Source: an uncultured Fibrobacterota bacterium (GTDB lineage Bacteria > Fibrobacterota > Chitinivibrionia > Chitinivibrionales > FEN-1185). Taken from it: a DNA stretch of 64,000 bases. Position numbers and translations under genes: made by a program. The stretch covers positions 96,001-160,000 of the forward strand of contig CAVSQB010000011.1 in the NCBI GenBank assembly GCA_963729895.1. The letters run 5' to 3'. The notes under the pieces were generated by a model. It had not been told where the DNA came from and did not search any database. It saw only the letters and a program-made list of their open reading frames with translations. Positions 57,094 through 64,000 of this stretch are shown piece by piece. Position 1 is the stretch's first letter. Each line of letters opens with the position of its first letter.

Positions 57094-58191
57094 TCAGGCC
57101 AGAAAGGCGGACAAAGCCTGCCTTGCAGTGGCCGATTTGTAAAACGGCATCTCTACTACAATCCCTGCCAGGTCGCTTCTTTCCGCGGCAACGATCACCT
57201 TGTTTCCCTTGACGCTGTCGTGGGTGCGGATGTACCCCATCGCGATGGCGCATTCCAGAGAGGGAGAAAAGCTGCCGCTTGTGATGGCGCCTATTGTTTC
57301 GCCGGAGGCGCTGCGGATAACGTCGCCGGTGCGCGCGGTCCGGCGGCCGTCGAGCTTGATCCCGCACAACAGGTGGCGAACGTTGCGGAAATCCAGCACG
57401 ACGGGCGAACCGATGAATTCCTTGTGCAGTGCCAGCGCCTTTTTGAACCCGGACTCCGCCGCATTTCTTGTCTCGTCAAGCTCGTGTCCGTACAGCGGAA
57501 ATCCCATTTCGAGCCGCAGCGTGTCGCGCGCTCCAAGACCGGCCGGTTGGGCGCCCATCGCAATGCAATCGTCCCAGAACAATACCGTATGCCGTTCGTC
57601 CAGATAGATTTCAAATCCGATTTCACCGGTGTATCCTGTGCGGCTCACGAGGATGGTTTGCCCCTTATACTCGTTATGCATCCAATGATAATAGCCGAGG
57701 TCGTCAACCGGTCGTTCGAGCAATTTGTTGATGATTTTTACGGAAAGCGGCCCTTGCAGATCAATTTTGCCGGTTTCCAAAGAAATATTTTTTAGTGATG
57801 TTTCGGGTGAGATGTTTAATTTTATCCATTTAAAATCAGCGTCTTGTGTTGACGCATTAACAACCATTAAGAACTCGGTTTCGCCGAGCCTGTAAACTAT
57901 TTGGTCGTCAAGCACTCCGCCCTGCGGGTTACAAATAAATCCGTACCTGCATTGTCCGGTCTTCATCGAGGCGACCGGGCACGATACGATCTTGTCGAGA
58001 TCGGCCGCAGCCGCCGTCCCCGTTATGGAGAATTCTCCCATGTGACAGGTGTCAAATATCGCGGCAGCCTTTCTCGCGGCAAAATGCTCAGCCACGATGC
58101 CTTCATAGCGGATCGGCATTTCAAAGCCGCCAAAGGGCGCCATGGCGGCGCCGCGAGAAATGTGGGAGTTGTAAAGAAATGTTCTTTTCAT
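57094..58191 (-). CDS. gcvT: Glycine cleavage system aminomethyltransferase T
   Basis: Motifs FGGFEMP, FDTCHMGE, SRTGYTGE.GFE and GLGARDTLRLEMG.PLYG. Confidence 0.97.
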   Translation of the reverse strand: MKRTFLYNSHISRGAAMAPFGGFEMPIRYEGIVAEHFAARKAAAIFDTCHMGEFSITGTAAAADLDKIVSCPVASMKTGQCRYGFICNPQGGVLDDQIVYRLGETEFLMVVNASTQDADFKWIKLNISPETSLKNISLETGKIDLQGPLSVKIINKLLERPVDDLGYYHWMHNEYKGQTILVSRTGYTGEIGFEIYLDERHTVLFWDDCIAMGAQPAGLGARDTLRLEMGFPLYGHELDETRNAAESGFKKALALHKEFIGSPVVLDFRNVRHLLCGIKLDGRRTARTGDVIRSASGETIGAITSGSFSPSLECAIAMGYIRTHDSVKGNKVIVAAERSDLAGIVVEMPFYKSATARQALSAFLA

Positions 58192-58300
58192 GATTCCGGG
58201 CGATAAGGAGCCGTCGACAACCATGCAACTTAAAAAAAATACATCGCAACAGCGTGCCTGCAAATGAAAGAAAAACCCATTCGTTTTCTTCACCGCCGGC

Positions 58301-59677
58301 CTAGTCGTACAACCCCAGGAGTTTCGTCTCGCTTATGCCGGTGATCCCCTTGCCGCGGGACCACGCGGTGACAATCGTGATCGGCGCGGCGGGAGCAATG
58401 GCGGGGGCTGCGGAGCGGAAAACACTTACCTCCGGTTCCTCCTGCCCGGCAAACTGAAGATTGAGCGGGTTCTCCACAAACCGTATCACCATGTTCTCAA
58501 CGTCTGTTCCCAAATAGCAATCTGGTCCCGTCCGGTCCAAGTGCACTTTGTTTTCGAGGCGCAGTTCCCCCAGGACTTCCAGGGGCTTTGCGGCTGGCGG
58601 GAATCTTACGATGTCAATGCGATACGTGGTGCTTTCCAAAACGAGAAATACCGCGGTCCATCGCACTGCAGGCAATGATGCTGCGCTGCACGCGTACGCG
58701 AACTTGTTCCCCGTGATATTAGGACGGACTATGTCCGAGGCTTCTTCCAAGGTTACGGGGCAAACGGCTTCGCCGTTCGCGTAGACTGTAAGGCCAAGGC
58801 GACCGTCCAGGCAAAGTCTGGTAATTGGATGCGGCAAGCATGAACAACTTCTGGCCAGAACGTGAAATACGGGAGGCTTGAGGGAATTCAGACCGACATA
58901 CGAATGCGAAGCATTGCCCATGTGCCAAGCAAAGACTTCAGTCGACGGTGGATGCGGTTTGACGGCGGTGCCGCCCGCACCCTCCGTTCTTTGCGCAAAA
59001 AGCCAGGCACCCCACATGTAGCAGAGGATCGTTTCCGGCGCGGTCCGGCCCGGGCCGTGCAGTCCTTTCTTGAGTGCGACGAAATAGGAGCGCGCTGAAC
59101 GTTTTGCGATCGCTTCACACCAATCGGGACACCAACCTGCATCCAACAGGCCTTCCAGCAGAAAACAATACATCGCCAGATCCGCACCGTCCGCTTCAAC
59201 GGCAACGGCCGCGCTCTTACCGTGGGCGCAAAAACAGAGGAACTTGACAAGCTCGGAGCCGTTGGAGCGGAACCGATGGGACATCGGTTCCGCTCCGGCC
59301 GCAATCTCGGCCAATGCCGTATGCGCTTCAAGAAACAACCGCCCGAAGAAGTTCCCTGGTGCGGTGAGTATTTTCGGAAGCGCAATCCGCCCGCCGCCCT
59401 TGTTCGACCGGGTGATGGTCTCAAGAAATTGCGCGAGGCCAGAGAGCGATTCCTCGGTCCGGGCGACGGGCGACGTGATAAAAGTCATCGGTATGTTCGT
59501 GAATCCCATAGCGAGCGCATTCCCCGAAGCTTGCTTCGGGGTTAGCGAGCGACTATAGACATGTTCTTTTTCCATAGGGATGGAAGATTCCTCGTCCCGT
59601 GGGACGAGGTTCTTCAATTCCAGTCCGGATTTTTGGCGGAAATCGCTGATGAAATATTTGTAGGCGGTAGAATCCAT
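58301..59677 (-). CDS. Hypothetical protein
   Basis: A long ORF filling the space between DJ-1 and gcvT on the same strand. No family was recognised and the start is uncertain. Confidence 0.55.
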   Translation of the reverse strand: MDSTAYKYFISDFRQKSGLELKNLVPRDEESSIPMEKEHVYSRSLTPKQASGNALAMGFTNIPMTFITSPVARTEESLSGLAQFLETITRSNKGGGRIALPKILTAPGNFFGRLFLEAHTALAEIAAGAEPMSHRFRSNGSELVKFLCFCAHGKSAAVAVEADGADLAMYCFLLEGLLDAGWCPDWCEAIAKRSARSYFVALKKGLHGPGRTAPETILCYMWGAWLFAQRTEGAGGTAVKPHPPSTEVFAWHMGNASHSYVGLNSLKPPVFHVLARSCSCLPHPITRLCLDGRLGLTVYANGEAVCPVTLEEASDIVRPNITGNKFAYACSAASLPAVRWTAVFLVLESTTYRIDIVRFPPAAKPLEVLGELRLENKVHLDRTGPDCYLGTDVENMVIRFVENPLNLQFAGQEEPEVSVFRSAAPAIAPAAPITIVTAWSRGKGITGISETKLLGLYD

Positions 59678-59687
59678 CTCGCCCGGT

Positions 59688-60230
59688 CTACCCGTAGACA
59701 ATCGATCGGGCGACGGCGTCCGCAGTGCCGCGTCCGGCAAGGAAGGAAATGATCTCCAGCGAAAAGGGGACCGCGGTGCCGGCGCCCCTGCTGGTTATGA
59801 TGTTCCCGTCGATGACCACCGGTTGCTCGACGAATACCGCGCCCTCCAGCTTGTCCTGGTCGCCTGGGAAACAGGTGGCCTTCCTGTTCGCAAGGATTCC
59901 GGCCCTGGCGAAAACCAAAGGCGCGGCGCAAATCGCCGCGCATAATCTTCCAGCGCCGAACATTCTCTTAACGAATTCGATGACCAACTCCGAGCCCATA
60001 AGGTTCTTGTGTCCCGGTCCGCCGGGCAGGACGAGCGCGTCGGGGAAAGAAGGAATTGAAGAAAGAACTCTTTCGGTCTTCACCACTATATTGTGGGAGC
60101 CTGTGACTTCCGGGGATAGAAGACCGAGTAGAGAAACCTCGATGTGCGCCCGCCTCAACAGATCCAGCGGCGTCACTGCCTCGATCTCTTCAAACCCGTC
60201 GGCCAGGATGATCATTGCCGTTTTGTTCAT
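59688..60230 (-). CDS. DJ-1/PfpI family (YajL/ThiJ-like) protein
   Basis: Motifs GFEEIEA, VLPGG.G, AAICAAP (catalytic Cys) and ITSRGAGTA. GGAGG RBS. Confidence 0.92.
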   Translation of the reverse strand: MNKTAMIILADGFEEIEAVTPLDLLRRAHIEVSLLGLLSPEVTGSHNIVVKTERVLSSIPSFPDALVLPGGPGHKNLMGSELVIEFVKRMFGAGRLCAAICAAPLVFARAGILANRKATCFPGDQDKLEGAVFVEQPVVIDGNIITSRGAGTAVPFSLEIISFLAGRGTADAVARSIVYG

Positions 60231-60370
60231 GGAAGGCCTCCTCCCGAAATTCTCCTCATTTCCTCGTACCAGTATCAAGATACACTACGGTCCACGCCGG
60301 CGCAAAATGGTCCATACCATATCTCCACGCCGGCCTCAATACCGGTAAACCGTTATTTCCTCTTGCTTTT

Positions 60371-60410
60371 TTCCAAAAAACCTACCTATATTCCAAAAAA
60401 GCTACCTATA
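60371..60410. repeat. Tandem 20-bp direct repeat in a divergent promoter region
   Basis: TTCCAAAAAACCTACCTATA followed by TTCCAAAAAAGCTACCTATA (one mismatch). Confidence 0.85.
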
Positions 60411-60513
60411 TTATGAATATCGGGAGTGAACGTTCGTGAGCCCTGTTTTTTTCGGCCCGACCGGACGGGGCGTGCCAAAGTAAATAATGTGCAAAATCAG
60501 CCAGGAGTATCTT

Positions 60514-62760
60514 ATGGTTGAATCTTCCAACGCAAGTACCTTATTCCAGCGCGTCCTGATGTTCGCGGCAATCCTTGCCGCGTCGCTGCCTGCGGCCGAA
60601 ATATGTAATCTTACCTTCACCGGCTGCCCGCAAACATTCAACGGCGACACCATCATGGTCCCGCAGAATGTGGTCAAGATTTCGTCGCTGGTGCACGCGT
60701 GCAATGCATCGCAAACGATAACGGTGGGCGGAGGCGGCGGCACGTGTTCAATTGTCTTCGTTATTGACAATACGGGAAGCATGAAGGGGGCCAACGGAAA
60801 CGATCCCACCGGGGCGCGCTTTACGGTAACAAAAGCCCTGCTCGACACCCTTTTTGCACATGCACCTCAAACGGAAGTCGGGCTTGTAGTATTCAGAGAA
60901 CATCTGTTTTTCGATACCACAACCACGGAGTACTACACCAAATATTTCAAGACGCTTAACACGGTATTGGACAACCAGCCGGACCAGGCATACCTTCCAT
61001 TCATGACTCTCAACCAAACGTATGACGGCAAGCTGGGAATCGACATCATAAAAGACATTCTCACCCAAGATCCGGCGGGTGACGACCTGGTGTATCAGCC
61101 GAATTGGGCCGAGCCGACGGGCGGCGAGACAAACATAAACGGCGCTTTTATTGGTGTAAAACAGGCGTTCCAGAGCGCAAAAAACCCAAAAGACGATCAA
61201 TATGTCATTTTCATGTCCGATGGCGATCCGGAAGGAGCCGCTCAGGCAGGTCTCGATCCACACTGGTTTGATACCCCTGCCGGTACCGCCAACATGCCCA
61301 CCACGTTTACAGTGTTTTTCCTCAAGGGCGGCGGCGCGGCCCCGGCTGACATCGTCACCATGACGCAAAATATCCAAACCAACGCCTATTCAACCTCAAA
61401 TCCAAAGAGCAATTACTGGTCCCTGGCAAATGTGAGCTATACCAATCTCATGACCCTCCTGATGAACAATGTTGTCACCAACCTTCTCTTGTCGGGCAAT
61501 CCAACCAAGATGGTGCTCAACAACATCACTTCCACAGTTTATGTAGACAGTTCCTTCTTCTTTACCGACAGTTTTCCCATAGCAAATGTTCCGACGCCGT
61601 TTACTATGAACATAACCTATCGCTATGTCAATCCAACAACCAATATTCTTCAGGACACCGTCGTCGCGGTCCATTTTTATGTCGAGCAAAGTGCGCAAGC
61701 CACGCTACCGCCCGGCGTGGGCGAGATATGCCAGCAATACAACGGGCCCGCCCTTCCTATTCCGGTTACCGCAACGCTGCTCGACACCAACCATAACGGG
61801 CATATTGACAGAATAGATATCACCTGGACGGACACTTCGACCATCAACCAGGTGATGCCTACCGTTGCCCAGTTTATCCAAACCTTGCAGATCACGACGC
61901 TGGACGGCCAGAAAGTGACCCTCACGGCGGTGAGTATCCAGCCGGACCTCGCAAACAAGACAATCCATATTATCCTCTCGGAAAATACGGGCAACGTGTA
62001 TGAGACGGCGTGGCAGCCCAACCCGTCAATCATTCTTACGAACTGGCCCATGTCGACAAGCGGCAGTCCCTTTGTTGTTACCGCCGTCGTAAACGGCACC
62101 CGGCCCGTTATCAGGAGCGTGTGTTTTGCACCCATGCCGGGCGCGGACACCCTCCATGTGGTGTACAGCAGTCCGATTGCAGGCCTCAACCCGGCAATCG
62201 ATCCCAACAACGCCTTTTTGTTGTTTACAAGCAGCGGACAATATCCGTTTGCGGCAAACAATCCTCCGGCGTCCGTGCATGCCGATATGCTCGTGTACGT
62301 ATTCCCCAGCAACACGCTGTCCGGTCTCGACAGTATCGTCGATGGCGCCAGGCCCGCATTCCACTTGTCGACGTGCGGTAATGTTTCCATCGTAGTCAAG
62401 TCGATTGCAACCGTCAACCCGTTCATGCCTGGGAAGAGCATCATTCCGCCTAATCAGAGGAACGGCGGGCCTGCAACCGGCACCCGGATCGAAGTGCTGC
62501 TCATTCCCGCAATCGTTGGCGACAAGGTAACGGGAACGGTAAGCATTTTTGACGCGGTGGGGAATGTGGTTGTGAACAGGATCCCCATGTTCCTGGATAT
62601 CACTGCCGTTTCGGGTCCGAAGCTGTCCTGGGGCTGGGACGGGAAAACAAGGACCGGGTCGTGGGCCGCCCCCGGCACGTACCTGGCGAGAATTACCATT
62701 TCAGACCCGGCGCAGAATACCACGCAGAACATTCGCCTGAACATCGGCATCAAGCATTAA
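60514..62760 (+). CDS. Secreted vWA-domain protein with a C-terminal FlgD-Ig/sorting-like domain
   Basis: AGGAG RBS, signal peptide, MIDAS elements FVIDNTGS / ETNI / FMSDG, a Thr/Asn/Pro-rich beta region, and the tail IFDAVGNVV...WDGK...G....PGTYL. Confidence 0.8.
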   Translation: MVESSNASTLFQRVLMFAAILAASLPAAEICNLTFTGCPQTFNGDTIMVPQNVVKISSLVHACNASQTITVGGGGGTCSIVFVIDNTGSMKGANGNDPTGARFTVTKALLDTLFAHAPQTEVGLVVFREHLFFDTTTTEYYTKYFKTLNTVLDNQPDQAYLPFMTLNQTYDGKLGIDIIKDILTQDPAGDDLVYQPNWAEPTGGETNINGAFIGVKQAFQSAKNPKDDQYVIFMSDGDPEGAAQAGLDPHWFDTPAGTANMPTTFTVFFLKGGGAAPADIVTMTQNIQTNAYSTSNPKSNYWSLANVSYTNLMTLLMNNVVTNLLLSGNPTKMVLNNITSTVYVDSSFFFTDSFPIANVPTPFTMNITYRYVNPTTNILQDTVVAVHFYVEQSAQATLPPGVGEICQQYNGPALPIPVTATLLDTNHNGHIDRIDITWTDTSTINQVMPTVAQFIQTLQITTLDGQKVTLTAVSIQPDLANKTIHIILSENTGNVYETAWQPNPSIILTNWPMSTSGSPFVVTAVVNGTRPVIRSVCFAPMPGADTLHVVYSSPIAGLNPAIDPNNAFLLFTSSGQYPFAANNPPASVHADMLVYVFPSNTLSGLDSIVDGARPAFHLSTCGNVSIVVKSIATVNPFMPGKSIIPPNQRNGGPATGTRIEVLLIPAIVGDKVTGTVSIFDAVGNVVVNRIPMFLDITAVSGPKLSWGWDGKTRTGSWAAPGTYLARITISDPAQNTTQNIRLNIGIKH

Positions 62761-62775
62761 GCACGGCGTTCCGGG

Positions 62776-63981
62776 TCAGCGTGCAATCGTTATCTTGAAG
62801 ATTTCCCGCTGCCGTACCCGCGGGGACAGTTGGTGAAGGGCGAGAGCGAGGACCGTTCGGGCGTCCGGTCTTTCCGGCCGGATCCGGCGTGCGGCTGATC
62901 CGTTTACAGAGACGAAACAGGGTTCTCTTGCCGGCCCGGGAAACGAACAGGCCGCCCATTTCAGGCCTGTCGCGCGTACCCGAAGCGTGTCCAGGGTCCA
63001 GGAGGCGTTGATCGAAGCCTCCGCACTATTCGATTCAATTTCCCAGCCGATGCAGTTCTCCGGAAGGTTCGGCAATCCCGGCGTAAAAATCCACGAAACC
63101 GATTTGCGCGTGACCGGTCTGCTCCATAGGCGGATGATTTTCGTCAGGTTTCCGTATTCCTTTTCCCGATAGTCAAAGCCGTGTTTTTCCTCCGGATATT
63201 CCCTGTGTTCCACCGCAACGCCGTTTTGTTCCAACCATGAAATGAACTGCATTACCTGCGGAAAAGGATAGATCCGGTCCTGTCCCGCATTGATGTTGAG
63301 AATGGGCCGCTGCATCAGGTTCTGGGGATAGAGCTTGAGCCCGAAAGAAAAAAGCATTCCTCCGTATCCGGACACCGCAATGAATCCTGCAAACGGGTCG
63401 CTCAGGGTATTTGCGGCGAGATAGCACCCGGTTGCGCCGTCCGAAACGCCCGCGAGAAAGATCTTGTCCGGATCGATAGGGTAGCAGAGGGACATAAAAC
63501 GAATTGTCTGGAGAATCCTTTGCATGCCCGCGGCGCTCCACCAGGGCGCGTCTCTGTTTGCAGAAGGGCTTGCCAGAAACAAATTGACCGAATCCGCAAG
63601 GGCGGAAAGCATATCGTAGGCCAATTCTCCCTTTGTGGTGAGGGTGGTGCCGGTCCCGCCGTGCAGGTACACTACCAGGGGATACAGCGTATCAAACCTG
63701 AAGGAAGCGGGAGTCTTCCACCCCAGCGTGTATGATGAGTTGAATGTGTCGGCGAGCACCGTGGTATGAGCGCCCGAAGGACCGCGGGACGCCAGCATGG
63801 CCGCTTGTGCAAGTGAATCCTGTTTATCCACGAAGTACCGGTACGACAGCAGGGAATCGGTGAGGGCAGTGGATGGGCAGACAAACCACCGTCCGTACAG
63901 TTCGGCTGCCTGCTGGGGCATTGCCACCTGTTTCTGGCAACACAGGAGAACAGCGATGCTGGCGAGAAAGAAATGTTTCAT
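62776..63981 (-). CDS. Exported alpha/beta hydrolase (esterase/peptidase-like)
   Basis: Signal or lipoprotein-like N-terminus, YPLVVYLHGG, nucleophile motif AGVSDGA, GQD and EEKHG. Confidence 0.8.
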   Translation of the reverse strand: MKHFFLASIAVLLCCQKQVAMPQQAAELYGRWFVCPSTALTDSLLSYRYFVDKQDSLAQAAMLASRGPSGAHTTVLADTFNSSYTLGWKTPASFRFDTLYPLVVYLHGGTGTTLTTKGELAYDMLSALADSVNLFLASPSANRDAPWWSAAGMQRILQTIRFMSLCYPIDPDKIFLAGVSDGATGCYLAANTLSDPFAGFIAVSGYGGMLFSFGLKLYPQNLMQRPILNINAGQDRIYPFPQVMQFISWLEQNGVAVEHREYPEEKHGFDYREKEYGNLTKIIRLWSRPVTRKSVSWIFTPGLPNLPENCIGWEIESNSAEASINASWTLDTLRVRATGLKWAACSFPGPAREPCFVSVNGSAARRIRPERPDARTVLALALHQLSPRVRQREIFKITIAR

Positions 63982-64000
63982 GACGCGGTTCTGCCGGGGA

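Noticed and set aside
57720..57900. AT-rich patch inside gcvT (and a similar one in the 3' part of ptsI)
   Set aside because: The reading frame and family motifs continue through it, and there are no insertion boundaries.
58192..58300. Glycine riboswitch upstream of gcvT
   Set aside because: The region is short and lacks the GGAGA...CCGAAG...CTCAGG pattern.
1..64000. CRISPR array, rRNA, prophage, integrase or transposase genes
   Set aside because: I saw no regularly spaced repeat-spacer series, rRNA-like sequence or such protein motifs.

Overview
This is a gene-dense, fairly GC-rich bacterial chromosomal segment made up mostly of housekeeping and signalling genes. The two secreted proteins with T9SS/FlgD-like C-terminal domains suggest an FCB-group organism, possibly Fibrobacterota/Chitinivibrionia; this is inference only. 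From left to right it contains: a degenerate-GGDEF protein; tRNA-Ser(GCT); a REC-6xPAS-HK-REC kinase; an NCS2-like permease; an expanded kdp operon (small peptide, kdpF, A, B, a long kdpC, an extra DUF4118 protein, kdpD, kdpE); a full-length but catalytically degenerate glycogen-phosphorylase homologue next to PTS enzyme I; an esterase, folE and larE; a second PAS hybrid kinase; cstA; tRNA-Pro(CGG); an M16 peptidase pair; folK-dNK-panC-GH13; a surface-glycan cluster (gmhB, YfhO, GT4, two methyltransferases, a flippase-like protein); a LamG secreted protein; PPi-PFK; a third hybrid kinase; gcvT-H-PA-PB; DJ-1; a vWA secreted protein; and a secreted hydrolase. I saw no rRNA, CRISPR array, integrase or transposase. 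The most notable items are the putative pseudo-phosphorylase plus EI unit (with a structured leader and a perfect 40-bp palindrome upstream), the extra components of the kdp operon, a candidate c-di-GMP receptor, and two tiny IS200/IS605-like non-autonomous elements each associated with a REP-like hairpin. All calls come from reading motifs by eye; no database searches were run.
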